A DNA stretch of 63,726 bases, the filler included, from Octopus bimaculoides (taxonomy: Eukaryota): the NCBI RefSeq assembly GCF_001194135.2. It is 4 parts of 4 records of this genome, joined end to end, with 100 filler letters (N's around TTAATTAATTAA, not from the genome) between each part and the next. Parts side by side here need not be neighbours in the genome. Positions count along the whole stretch, not along the records: positions 34,805 to 62,246 come from NC_068982.1; 3 more parts are not named here. One strand, given 5' to 3'. Under the pieces are notes generated by a model. That model was not told the DNA's origin and searched no databases. It worked only from the letters and a program-made list of their open reading frames with translations. The translations under genes were made by a program, and so were the position numbers. How positions within the stretch are numbered: the first letter of the stretch is position 1; every line of letters begins with the position of its first letter. Shown here in pieces: positions 38,597-51,359 of the stretch.

Positions 38597-39688
38597 CTTG
38601 AGGAAAACATAAACCAACAATTAAGAACCATCACAATTTTTTTTTTTTTTTATTACAAAATGAAATGGAAACACACTTGCAATACAACCACACCTACATA
38701 GACATGCAATAAAATTTTTATATATTTCACATTTATGACCCAACATAAACTCTCTCTCTCTCTCACACACAGAGAGTGAGAGCAAGGTAGGCAAGCAATA
38801 AAACTGGAGCAGGAAGGTATATAGAGTTAAAAGGCCCAGCTATGATACCTAGATTATAAGAAGTGCTATGTAAAACTAATTGAATGTTTGTGAGAGCTAA
38901 CCAATGAGAACCGAGAACCACAAACCAGCTTTGTAGATCGAAAAATGCCCTGGAACTAAAGAAATAGTAAGTGATACACTACAATGGTGAAACAGTACAA
39001 TAGAGCCGTAACATCTAGGTTTGTCAAGAGAGGGGTGGAGAGTGAAGAGAGTAAGGAACACTAGCAGGTAGCTAGAAGGAAAGCTATGTGTCAAATATTT
39101 TGAGCTTAAGAAGTTTTCCATTCTATGCTCTGTGAAGACCAGGAGTGCAACTGTGGTTTTCGAGACTACAAAGCAATCCATCAGAGTAAGTTAGGGTGTC
39201 GTTGGTAAAAAAGTAAATGTAGAATAATTGTGGAACACATGTCCAGATCAACACTGACAAGAAGTAGAGAAGCAATATTACAAGCAGTCACTGAAAGAGG
39301 GGAATGTGTAATAGGCAAAAGAGCGAAGTGCTCAAGTGGATCCAACAGGGAGACTGGCTACTTTGAGATTTACTGTTATATGGTAGAAAGGGTCATTAAG
39401 GATATGAAGGAAGAAAAAGAAGCAAGCCCATTAGAGATAGTTGTTCAGAATCTGAAAACATCAAGTAAAGTAGAACATATAAAGTGAGAATTTACGAAAA
39501 ACAAAAGACAAAGACAGATGTATAAACAACAAACAGATGTATTAGTTTAACGCTCGGGAAGTGAGAAAGTCTTTTACATTTCGAGCCTATGCTCTTCGAC
39601 AGAAAGGAACACAGAAATAAACAAGGAGAGAAAATAGAAAAAGGTTTAGTGGCTAGCGATCTATCATGGCAAATCCCCTAATCAAGTT

Positions 39689-39730
<42 letters not shown>

Positions 39731-40284
39731 CTTCTCCCTCTCTCTGTCACACACACACACACACACACACAAACCCTGTGCTTTTCTCTTTCTTCTGTTA
39801 AGACTCTTTATCTTCCCATTAATGCTTTAAGCTAACATCACATTGATTAAGCCTTGTCCCTTCTATGTCATTTTTTTTTTATTGTTCATTGCATTTATAA
39901 TTCATAAATATATAAACTTTTTAGTGGTTAGATTGGTATTATGCTGTTATAGAATTCATACCAGGAAATTTATAAATATGAGCATAGCATGTTCAATTTG
40001 TACCCAAATATAGGTCAGGGATAGGTCACAGTTGGTGATTAGTGTTGAAAACTTATCTTCAAGTAAATTTTCAATTGAGTTTGTAGAAGGGGTTGGGTTG
40101 ATATAAGTTTTGTTAAAGTAAAATATCTATTGGAGTGTGTGAGTATGTGTATGCATATGGTGCGTGTGTGTGTGTCTATGGGATAGATAAAGCAAATGCA
40201 CATTGATACATGCACAGCTAAATGAATGCATATATATGGCATACACTTCCCTAAAAATATGCATTTGTATATGCATATATATAC

Positions 40285-40600
40285 GGCACGTGAAAAGACA
40301 TTCGAGCGAGATCGTTGCCAGTGCCAATGGACTGGCTCCTGTGCAGGTGACATGTAAAATACACCATTTCGAGCGTGGTCATCGCCAGTACCCATGTGAC
40401 TGGCCCTCGTACCGGTGGCATGTAAAAGCACCCACTACACTCTCGGAGTGGTTGGCGTTAGGAAGGGCATCCAGCTGTAGAAACTCTGCCAAATCAAATT
40501 GGAGCCTGGTGTCACCTCCTGGTCCACCAGTCCTCAGACAAATCATCCAACCCATGCTAGCATGGAAAGCGGACGTTAAACGACGATGATGATGATGATG
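40285..40600 (+). mobile_element. Family B element in intron 7
   Basis: Internal ttgccagt units, core and (gat)n tail. Confidence 0.85.
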
Positions 40601-41387
40601 ATACATACAGACAGACAAGGATACATACATAAGCTTGCAAACATATATATATGCTTTCATACATACATATTTGTATACATGTATACATACATACACATAT
40701 ATTTACATACACATGAAAAAAAGATCAAAGGTTCTCCCTGAGCCATTGGTTCATATGACCAGTTTCCCAGATTCTGTAGCATATATTTCCACCAACTAGA
40801 CGGGATGCTGGTCCATCACAAGATTACTCATTTTTGCCAGCTGAGAGAACTGGAGTAACATGAAATGAACTGTTTTGCTCATGAACATAACACATCACTT
40901 GGTCCTGGAATCGAAGCTACCCAAACCCCCAACATATACTTGCCACGCATATACTTTTTCTTGTTGTTTTCTTACACAAACACTTCTTTCTCCCTACAAA
41001 GAGATTAGAACCATGCCTAATTTTCATATTCATAGTTTCACCTATCAAATGAACAACCCACCCCTCTTGTCATCAATAAACTATATAAAAGATCTGAAGG
41101 CCTAACCAAGCCATAATCTGACAATGACAAGTATGCCAAAACTTCAAAGTCACTTTCAACCTTTTCCTTGTAAAACAACATATGGTACTCTACTGAAAAA
41201 TATTAATGATCCTTTAATTTAATGTTCAACTGATTTTTTATATAGCTTTACATAAAAAACAAACATTAATATATACACATACACACAGCATGTAAAAGCA
41301 AATGTAACAAAATAAAATTTCCTCTTCATCTCCTCCTCTAATATACACATTATAATTCACTTCATTCACACCATTTCAAAGGTGTCT

Positions 41388-41427
<40 letters not shown>

Positions 41428-41634
41428 CATAAACACATGCACACAACTGAAATGTTAAAGTTGTTCAGTTTTGATATTTTTTCCTTAAAAAAAATATGCT
41501 AAAACTTAATAACCCAAACGTCAGAAATGTTTTGTTTTTTTTTCTCTTGATGATTATCACTCATAATAACATGACTCTTATTCAACACTAGACACAAGCT
41601 GTAAGAGAGTATCAGGAAACTGAAAATATAAGCA

Positions 41635-41705
41635 ATCCTATAGCATCAGGTGGCAGCTATCATGACTCTTCTGGTTATGATAGCTGCCACCTGATGCTAT
41701 AGGAT
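41635..41705. repeat. Hairpin 1: perfect 29-bp inverted repeat, 13-nt spacer
   Basis: atcctatagcatcaggtggcagctatcat (41635-41663) is the exact reverse complement of 41677-41705. Confidence 0.95.
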
Positions 41706-41709
41706 GTTG

Positions 41710-41849
41710 TGGGTAAAAACTGTAAATGAAAAATTAAGAATATTTCCATTGTTGAGTATGTTGATGTAGCTTGGCTCCTTGTAGCCAAGCTACATCAACA
41801 TACTCAACATTGGAAATATTTTTAATTTTTCATTTACAGTTTTTACCCA
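41710..41849. repeat. Hairpin 2: 67-bp inverted repeat (65/67), 6-nt loop
   Basis: 41710-41776 pairs with 41783-41849; loop ccttgt. Confidence 0.95.
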
Positions 41850-42234
41850 AGCATTTACAGCTGGTCAGACTAATCTTTGTAACAACTACCTCCCACTCTC
41901 ATTGTCATCTACTAAGTGCCTTCCACAGATAACACACACTCCAAATAAACTACTTAGAACCAACTTGAAGATGGCTATGCTTCCAATAGATATAAACAGA
42001 AACAAAATGCTTGTGGATAGAAATGTCACCCACTTCTTGATACTCTTAAAGTAACCTTATTTCAATTAAATAAATACAGTTTAAGGAGTGTTAAATTTTC
42101 AATTTAAAAAGGAGGAATGAAAAAATAACTATGCAGCAAACATATCCTTTTATGAAGTGCAAGTTTTCAAAAGCTGATATTCATATCCTGATTACTAAAC
42201 AGAAAAGAAGCAAACCTATTTTTGAGTATTCATT

Positions 42235-42483
42235 GATTCTTTTACTTGTTTCAGTCATCTGACTGGGGCCATGTTGGAGCACTGCCTTTTAGTCAAAGAA
42301 ATTGACCCCTGGACTTATTCTTTGTAAGCCTGGTATTTATTCTATTGGTCTTTTCTGTCAAACTGCTAAGTTACGGGGACATAAACACACCAACATTGGT
42401 TGTCAAGTGATGGGGGGGGGGAGACAAACAGACACACATAAATACACACACACACACATACACACACACACACATACACACAC
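42235..42483 (-). mobile_element. Family A SINE 3' half
   Basis: ttcttttacttgtttcagtca...gggacataaacacaccaacat. Confidence 0.8.
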
Positions 42484-42959
42484 NNNNNNNNNNTTCACAC
42501 TTACTGTAATGGTTCTTCAATTTTTCTTAGCCCTGTCAAAGGACTCAGAAGGTCGGGCGCCCAACCAGGTCTTTTGCAATACTCTTAAAGGCAGGAACTT
42601 TACAGCACCCCCTCTTACATTGATAGATTTTGATACATATCTACTTGGCCCTTTTCACTCTTTTATAGATACTCTGGTTATGTAATGGCTTTTAAAATTT
42701 TGTCCAATATATTAACATCTACTATTTTGACTACCATAAAATAAAAATGTAAACTGTGTAATGAATACTCGAATCCATTATCACATGCATGTGTACACAT
42801 ACACACACATGTATATATGTGCATACACAATATGCTCATGCATCTATACGCACATATGCATATACAACATATTTCAAAGTTTATCATAATAAAAAATAAT
42901 ATTCGCATTTTCATGTAACAAAACTATCACAAGAAAAATATAATTTTTAAATAATTCAC

Positions 42960-43047
42960 ATTTTCAAAAAATTCTTTTAACTTTTGCAACGCTGGCTTCA
43001 ATTGATTCTGGAGAATTTCAGATAGCTGTGTTTTAGTTTCTTCCACC
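42960..43047 (-). CDS. DUF885 gene exon 7 (VEETKTQLSEILQNQLKPALQKLKEFFEN)
   Basis: Acceptor ttactttctag, donor GTGAAT, 88 nt, phase 2 to 0; lies within ORF 42927..43118. Confidence 0.88.
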
Positions 43048-43099
43048 CTAGAAAGTAAAATAGAGTAACACAAAGTATACATATGCACATATATATTAT

Positions 43100-43300
43100 T
43101 GGTTTCAAGTTTTGGCACAAGGCCAGAAATTTCAGGGGAGGGGGTAAGCTGATTATATTCATTTCAGTGCTCAACAGGTACTTATTTTATGATGAAAGGC
43201 AAAGCTGACCTCAGCAGAATTTGAACACAGAACATAAAGACAGATGAAATGCCACCAAGTATTTTACCTGGTTTGCTAACAATTCTGCCAGCTTGCCTTA
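43100..43300 (-). mobile_element. Family C SINE, 53 bp upstream of the exon 7 acceptor
   Basis: gatgaaaggcaaagctgacctcagcagaatttgaac..aattctgccagcttgcc. Confidence 0.75.
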
Positions 43301-44424
43301 CACTCTGACTTTTAATCAGAATTGCAATTAATGGTTAGATAAGCATAGGGTTCTATAAACAGCATTCTTCATGCAAAAAGGAAAATGGTTGAAAGGATCT
43401 AACATTCCTGATAAAATTATGCCAATGTACAGTTCATCATGAAAATGCACTGGGTGATAGGAGTAAGAATAAGTGACAGAATTTCCTTCATTCCTTCGGG
43501 GTCAATAAATAAAGTGCCAATTAGGTACTAGAGTCGACTCCCCCCCCTCCACTCTCTCTCTCTCTCTTTCTGGAAGAAATCACTTGTAGTCAGATCTAAA
43601 GAGGGATGAACTCTGCCACATTTAAATTGCCCAAATGTCTGAAATACTGTATGTTACAACACATCCTTACAACTCCACAAGGAGGTGAGAGTCCAAGACA
43701 AGGCAAATAGCCATAGTCAAATGAAATTGTTTTTCCATGCAAGGATTTTAAACACTAAATAACAATAATATTATTCAGTTAATGGAATAGCAGCTATTAA
43801 AAATCCTCACACTCTAAAATACACATTACAGCAACTCAAACAAACACCTAAATTTGCAGAACAAGTCAACTCATGCAAGTAGGGAAAGAAATATGGACAC
43901 AAAATATTAAAATTAGTAATAAGCTTTTAAACATTTCAACTATACTAAGTACATCACAAGGTTACAACTGGCCAAGACAATAGGATACTCAGCTGAAGCA
44001 TCAGTAGTTGATGACCCATCATTGTTCTGTATCACTAGTAAAGACAACACTCAACAAACAGTCCATTTATCTGTAAAGAACTGCTCCGGTAGGTAACAGT
44101 AGGGAACTTTTTGCTGTTATCCTCTGAAAGAACATTGTTTAAATGATGTTTCATGAGTTTATAGTGCTAAGTTCAAGTGTATATGTCAACTGAAGTGAGC
44201 TGATCTATTCAAACTGACTTACCTAAGATACACTTTGAAGATGAAGTGAGGAAGTAGTCTTCATTTGTATTACAACAACTTAATACACTGTGGAACTCAC
44301 TGCCAATCAAAAAATTATGCTATGAAAATCATAGAACTGCTGTAAGTTCTCGGTAAAACAGTTTGTCGTCTAGCCTAGAACAGTTTTATTTCCCTTTTAG
44401 CATAAATACTTTTGCAAACAACAT

Positions 44425-44610
44425 TCGGCATGACACAGAACGTGAGAAGGCTAGATCTTTGAAATAGAGGTACTACTCATTTTTGCCAGCTGAGCGGACT
44501 GGAGCAACGTGAAATAAAATGTCTTGCTCAAGGACACAACATGCAGCTGGGAATTGAACTTACAACTGTGAGCTGAGTATCTCTAACCACTAAGCTACAT
44601 GCCTTCACAA
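44425..44610 (-). mobile_element. Family E CORE-like tRNA-SINE (related copy about 40735-40930)
   Basis: Minus head ggcatgtagcttagtggttag..gttcaattcc, then ccttgagcaag. Confidence 0.7.
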
Positions 44611-44644
44611 TATAAATATATATAAATGAACATAAATTCAAAAA

Positions 44645-44795
44645 CATCTATGTGGTTAAGATGCTTGCTTGGCAATCATGTGGTTTCAGATTCAGCCCCA
44701 CTACACAGGACCTTGAGCAAGTGTCTTCTTTTATAGCCTTAAGCCAGTCAATGCTTTCAAAGTGACTTTGGTAGACAGAAACTGTGTGAAAGCAG

Positions 44796-44831
<36 letters not shown>

Positions 44832-45022
44832 ATTTGTCAGCCGTCACCACTTGGCAACTGGTGTTGGTTTATTTACATTCCCATATCTTGGCAGTTTGAC
44901 AAAAGAGACCATTAGAATAAGTAGCCAGACTTAAAATATAAGCACTTGTTCAATTAAGTCTTTTGAGGTGGTGCCCCAGCATGGCCACAGTTCAATGACT
45001 GAAACAAGTAAAAGATAAAAGA
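44645..45022 (+). mobile_element. Family A SINE, older copy
   Basis: ccttgagcaagtgtcttct core, TG repeat, gaaacaagtaaaagataaaaga tail. Confidence 0.75.
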
Positions 45023-45117
45023 TATATATAAAACAATGGATAATTCTCATATCATGGTGAAGTGTCTAGAAACTAGTAGAGTATCTGACTGAAGAAATAT
45101 TCAGTTGTAAAATATAT

Positions 45118-45506
45118 TGTTGTTATTGTTGGCACTCCATCGCTTACGATGTCGAGGGTTCCAGTTGATCCGATCAACAGAACAGCCTGCTCGTGAAATT
45201 AATGTGCAAGTGGCTGAGCACTCCACAGACACGTGTACCCTTAACGTAGTTCTCGGGGATATTCAGCGTGACACAGTGTGACAAGGCTGGCCCTTTGAAA
45301 TACAGGCACAACAGAAACAGGAAGAAAGAGTGAGAGAAAGTTGTGGTGAAAGATTACAGCAGGGTTTGCCACCATCCCCTGCCGGGGTCTCATGGAGCTT
45401 TAGGTGTTTTCGCTCAATAAACACTCACAACGCCTGGTCTGGGAATCAAAACCGCGATCCTATGACCGCGAGTCCGCTACCCTAACTACTGGGCCATTGT
45501 GCCTCC
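45118..45506 (-). mobile_element. Family D tRNA-SINE, full length
   Basis: Minus-strand head ggaggcacaatggcccagtagttaggg..ggttttgattccc (A and B boxes); (ttg)n tail; imperfect TSD tgtaaaatatat / tgtaaactatat. Confidence 0.8.
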
Positions 45507-45651
45507 ACTGTAAACTATATATCCACTAACAATTCATGAAGTAGTATCCAGCTGCAAAAGCATACTCTAATTGTCCACAGATATAACAAACATATAAGGT
45601 GAACACCAAAACAAAAACGAGGAAAATTATAAACTTCAGGATAATACTTAC

Positions 45652-45761
45652 ATTCCTAACAGTTTCTCATTAGTTGGTGTCTTTTTAAATGGGTTTAAAA
45701 ACACTGAAGTTCCACTGTCTATTTTCTTTATTAAGTCTTCTAATTGTTGAGGAACTTCTCT
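45652..45761 (-). CDS. DUF885 gene exon 6 (REVPQQLEDLIKKIDSGTSVFLNPFKKTPTNEKLLGM)
   Basis: Acceptor ttttcaag, donor GTAAGT, 110 nt, phase 0 to 2. Confidence 0.85.
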
Positions 45762-45879
45762 CTTGAAAATAAATAAATTATAAATATAAAAAAAGAAAAA
45801 CATAATTTTTTTTAAAATTTTAATACTTGTTTTTATTAATATTGATATTTTAAAAAAATATTTCTTTTAATTATCATCA

Positions 45880-46060
45880 CCATTTAATGTCCATGTTCCA
45901 TGTTAGCATGTGTTGGATGGTTCGACAAGAACTAATGTGTCTAAGGACAGCATTGATTTCCAATGCCTGTTTTGGCATGGTTTCTATGGCTGGATGCCCT
46001 TCCTAATGTCAGCCACTTTACAGAGTGCACTGGATCCTTTTTTTGTTGTGTCACCTGCAC
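45880..46060 (-). mobile_element. Family B-like element, old copy
   Basis: catcaccatttaatgtcc..ccatg..agcatg..ggctggatgcccttcctaatg. Confidence 0.7.
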
Positions 46061-46609
46061 TATTGAGGTTGCAGAATTATGAGCCCAGGCATAGGTGGGT
46101 GAGGGTCAGATTCATGCTTGGGAATGAAAGGATTACTATGAGAGAGGGAAACAGAGAAGGTTCCTGCAGAGGGACCAGTATAACTACTCACATCTATAAT
46201 GCAAAAAAAAAGTGGGGGGATGATCAGTAGAGAGCTGCAATGCCCAGAACGGTGTTAAGGTGCCCAGGTGGCCCAACCACAAAGCAAAAGCTGAGTATAA
46301 GTAGGTAGGTAGTTTGCAAGGTTGTATGGGAAATTGAATGAGTGGTGAGCAGACTGCCAAAATGTGTAGAGGTGAAGGGAGAATGAGACAAGATCCCAGA
46401 GTTGGGCATATAGAGGGATGAGGAATTACAAAGGGAATCCAGTCATAGAAACTAAACTAAAAACAACATGTATGCAAGTAATAACTTCAAATAACTTGGA
46501 ATGTGATGACATATCCAACTCCTAACGTTTCTTTCTGCTCAGAAAGCAGGCAGAAAATAATGATGATACTGATAATGTAATAAATGAAAATAGATTAGAT
46601 AATACATAC

Positions 46610-46678
46610 CACTGACTCAATAGGACAAATCATCTTCTTCTCAATTCCCTCCAGTAAAATAGTTTCTATATCACCCAA
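46610..46678 (-). CDS. DUF885 gene exon 5 (LGDIETILLEGIEKKMICPIESV)
   Basis: Acceptor tttgtttcag, donor GTATGT, 69 nt, phase 0 to 0. Confidence 0.85.
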
Positions 46679-48600
46679 CTGAAACAAAATTATTATAGAA
46701 TTTAATATAGAAGCAACTAGAAGCAATCAGCTTTAGAACTTTTCCTAGATATTCAGCTTCAAATCTTCTAAAATCTTTTAAGAACATTATTGTATTATTT
46801 AGCATCTAGTTAGTGGTTTCAGAAGTAATAGCATTAGACAACATACTTTAAACAATCTAAATTTGGAGTTCAAATCTTGCTCGAGTAAAGTTTACTCTTG
46901 ATCCTATGAAGGTTACAAAATAAATAGTAATTCTACTGAATTCTACTGAAAGATAAGTTTACAATAGAAGTGGTACCAAACTCTAACATTAGGTAAAAAT
47001 GAAAGAAATATGTAGCATTATGTGTTAGGCATTTTTACAAAGTTTCAACAAATTGGCAATAAAAAGCCATTTTAATTTTATCTGTCAAACAACTTTTTTT
47101 TTTATTCCAAGGATTTAGATTTGCATTTCCTCCACTGGGTTAATTAAAACAAGAAGAATATGCCCATCTAAATCTTTAATAGACACTGCTGTTCAAAATA
47201 AGATCAGAAATTTCTACAGAAAATGCTACCATAGATGTGTAGAAATGGATATTTACATAAATCAATGCAGTGTTCTCAGTTTGAATCAGCCATAAAGCTA
47301 AACTGATAAAGACAAGGAAATAAAGTCAGCTGTAACAGAGTATGCTAAGGCATTCCATCCGTGACCAACTTGTCCTTCATTCAGACAATATCATCCAACA
47401 TGTCCCTACTTTATAAGACAGTAGGCTGTAATTTGAAGGAGATTAGCTGTTATTTCTAGCAGGTCAAGGGACCACATAGAAGGTACTTCACAGGCTTGAG
47501 GGATTAACATATATTACACAGAGTAATTTTAATATCCCTCATGAGCTTTGATTTTAATAAATCCAGTACATTGAACAAAAGACCTGAACCTAATCATTCA
47601 ACCTGCTAGAAACAGCAACTGTATATCTCCCTCATATCACACCCTACCACCCTAGAAAAGGAAGATACTTTGGAAATATGATCCTAGATACATTACACAT
47701 GGGGAAAACAAACAAGACAGTCATGTTTGGAATGTTACAGATCACTGCTGTTTGATCAGAGATGACTTGGTGCCAATAAGAATAACAACAAATCAAGTAG
47801 AACCCCAACACCATTACACATCTACTATTGAAACTGCACAAAAGACTATAACTTATCTGAACAGCAGATATGAAATTCAAAATTAAAATTATGTTAGTAA
47901 ACGCTCAACAGTTACTAACTCTACTGTTTATATAGAGCAGATTTTTTCAGTTTTCACAGAAAGTCAGATATTAAGCACAACACAACAGAATGTTAACACC
48001 AATTTTATAAAATATTTTGAAAACTGGTTATTTAATGGAAAGTTGTCAAAATTATTTTGACCCCTTCTTTGTATAAGTGCTCGATCTGTTGAGCATTAGC
48101 ATTCAATCTTGCTAATAAAGTATATCTCTGATAACTTGCCATATGGTAACACAGCTATGATTAGTTCTATACATGGACTTGTTATTGAATGTTTGCTTTG
48201 ATATTTCTCAAAGTCATTGACTCCATGCTCAAATTAACATCCAAGATGTGCTTATGTCATCATTATCAACATTTCTTTATCAATAAAAAAAATAGATAAC
48301 AAACTTGAAATTTACAGTGGTTTACTTGATCCTTATTGCTAGATATATGTCAGATTTATTATTTTTTTGTTTTTTACTTCTAATATGTATAGGCCAAATC
48401 AGCAGAATTCATCCAATTCTATCTTTTATCATCAAATATACACTTTTCAATTTTCTGTTATCTATTGTATATTACATTGCAATCTCTCTAGGCCTAGTAT
48501 TATCTAGATTATTAAACCAAGATAATTATTGCAAGCCATGAACTTGCAATAATTGCTCATACACACTGCATTCATCTATTATGAGGTTAGTTTAACTTAC

Positions 48601-48730
48601 CTGCTTTACAAAACTCTTCATACAGGCAACATATTTCTGGTAGTCAGCTTCTTCCTTAAACTGCATCCAGTCAACACGGAACATAAAATTTATGTGTGGA
48701 TTTTCTAGGAAACTGACAGGAAAGTAGTAG
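48601..48730 (-). CDS. DUF885 gene exon 4 (YYFPVSFLENPHINFMFRVDWMQFKEEADYQKYVACMKSFVKQ)
   Basis: Acceptor tctcctag, donor GTAAGT, 130 nt, phase 2 to 0. Confidence 0.9.
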
Positions 48731-48972
48731 CTAGGAGATAAGGAAAAATAGTAATTAACAAACAAGTTACAATAGTAAAGGATTGTAAGCTCTCATAATG
48801 AGTTCATGAGCTCATGTGAATCTTAGAAACATGTCATTTTTTGACCAGTGGTCATACACAGTGAAACAAAATATATAAGATATACTCATAAACAAATAAC
48901 TGATAGAGCAATCGAACTAAAAGTTTAATCCAAAATGCTTTTAGGATGTTGAGAGCAAACAGATTCAGATTA

Positions 48973-50183
48973 TATGAGGGTGGGCTGAAAAGTTCATTGG
49001 TTGCTATGAAGGAGTGGCTCTAGAGCTGTGAAATTTTGCATGCATTAATTTCAACCTTCCTTATTAATAACTGTATTGCTTCTTTTGAAGTAAACTGATA
49101 TACGACAGTTCAAAGACGACTTCAAAAGTAACTCATAGCAACTTCTCTTGAAAACTGATAAAATTTGGCAAATTTGGCACAAAAAAGGGTTTAGTCCCCA
49201 AGGACATTCATGCTGACACAGTTGATACAGCACAGGATGATAATCCAGCTTTATCAACAGTGCAAAAGTAGGCTGGTGAATTTAAGAGGGGAAGGGAGAA
49301 TCTTGGTGATGACCCAAGGTGTGGATGTCCTGCAACTGCCACTACTGAGGAAAACATTGATGTGTTCATCACATGGTGATGGATGACAGGCGACTGACTA
49401 TAAATCAAATGGTGAATGCTATTAGCATATCCCATGAGAGGGGTGAGAATATTTTGCAAAATGAATATGGCATAAAGAATGTTTCTGCTGGTGTGTTTTT
49501 GAACACACCAGGCTGATCACAACACAAGAAAACCTGACATTGTTCAAGGATGAGTGTTGGCCTCATCACTTTGCTACAAAGAAGGCCAAGGCCGTTTCAT
49601 CTGCAGAGAAGGTAACAGCCTCAGGTTTTGGGGATTCAAAAGGCATCATATTTATTGACTAGAGAAGGTAACAGCCTCAGGTTTTTGGGATTCAAAAGGC
49701 ATCATATTTATTGACTATCTTCAAAAGAGCTACACTATTAATGGAGAGTACTATACCAACTTGCTGAGGCAGTTATGATAGGCTATGAAGACTAAACACA
49801 CAGGAAAACTGATGAAAGCAGTCATTTTCATCAGGACAATGCTCCAGTATACAAGTCCTTACTTTCAGTAGCTGCTGTGCATGAGTGCAGTTTTGAACTG
49901 GTTGATCACCCTCCCTATTCTCCTGATTTGGCCCCATCTGACTATCATCTGTTGCCCGACATGAGAAATCTTTTGGCTGGGAAGCAGTATTGCAGTGATG
50001 ACTGTTGATGACTTTTTTGACCAACAAGATGAAAGCTTCTTCATTAATGGGATCCCAGCACTGCAAACTCAATAGAAGAAATGGGTGAACTGCAAGGGGA
50101 CTATGTTGAAAAATAAGCCTCATTTGGTCACATTCCATGAGAGTATTTTGGTCAGCCTGTGAACTTTTCAGCTGATCCCTATA
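48973..50183 (+). mobile_element. mariner transposon, decayed, with 56-bp internal tandem duplication (49605-49716)
   Basis: TIRs tatgagggtgggctgaaaagttca / tgaacttttcagctgatccctata; FHQDNAPVY, HPPYSPDLAPSDYHL. Confidence 0.88.
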
Positions 50184-50429
50184 AATAAAAGGCTTGTATT
50201 TTAAATGAATCTCATTAACAAACATTGTTGCTCTTGTTCATAGAGATCATTGACATATCTCACATCCAATGTTTCCTTGATATTCCAATGAAAAACAAAA
50301 ACTCTGATTTTACTCGATAAAACCTTATAATCAAGATCTAGATAGAACTAATAGATGTTACTACTAGGTACAAGATACCAGAATATCCAAAGACACAGTT
50401 TTTGGCAATGAAAGAATAACAAGAGAATA

Positions 50430-50582
50430 CTGTGTAATAAGAAATTTGCATCCAAATCACGTGGTTTCAGGTTCAGTCCCACTGTGTAGCACCTTGAGCA
50501 AGTGTCTTCTACAACAGCCCCAGGCAAGCCAAAGCTTTGTGAGTGGATTTGATAAACAGAAACTGAAAGAAGCCTGTCGTAT
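50430..50582 (+). mobile_element. Family A SINE 5' part
   Basis: ggttcagtcccactg..ccttgagcaagtgtcttct..gaaactgaaagaagcctgtcg. Confidence 0.7.
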
Positions 50583-50589
50583 ATAATCA

Positions 50590-50726
50590 CCATCATCATT
50601 TAATGTCCAAATTTCATGCTTGCAAGGGTCACACCCATTGGTTGCTTTGAGTGGATGCTCTTCCTAACACCAACCACTTCACAGAGTGTACCGGTTGCAC
50701 TTTTTTCATGCCATTATGTCTGTGTG

Positions 50727-50771
<45 letters not shown>

Positions 50772-51020
50772 ATGCATGTGTTATTTCTTCTGGCCTTGAC
50801 ATCATATGATAGTTGTAACTGAGTGTCGCCATCATGCAAGCGGTGTCCTTCATTTCCAATCTTGCAAGATATGTCTGGTCATTGAGAAATGTTACCTTAC
50901 TTGGAAACAGGTGAGGGTTGGTGACAGAAAGAGCATCCAGCTGTAAAAAATCCACCTAAACAAATTCCATCCAACCCATGCAAGCAAGGAGAAGTGGACA
51001 TTAAACAATGATGGTGATGA
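50590..51020. mobile_element. Two old family B-like copies in opposite orientation around a TG repeat
   Basis: Minus copy about 50590-50710; plus copy about 50790-51020 (gggttggtgacagaaagagcatccagctg). Confidence 0.65.
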
Positions 51021-51359
51021 TGACAAAGACTGTAAATAATTCACCAATGTAAATTTTAAACTTTAACATTACAGAACAATAGAAGAAATGGCTACAAGAC
51101 GGCCTGTTAACAGCAGATTTGTTTTAAAAGAGTATGAATGAAAGCATTGATATTCATATTTTCCTCAAAAATGTCTTTGGTGTAAATGAATTCAAGTAGT
51201 TTCAAATAAAAATTGAAGCCCAAGTTGCAAATTTGGTGTACTGAGAAATTATTCATCATTATAGAAAGAACTGAAAAAAATGATTTCCAAAGTTTATCAC
51301 TCATGAATTGGAACCCAACCATTGTCAAAGGAATTAACCATTTTTTGCTGATCAATTGA

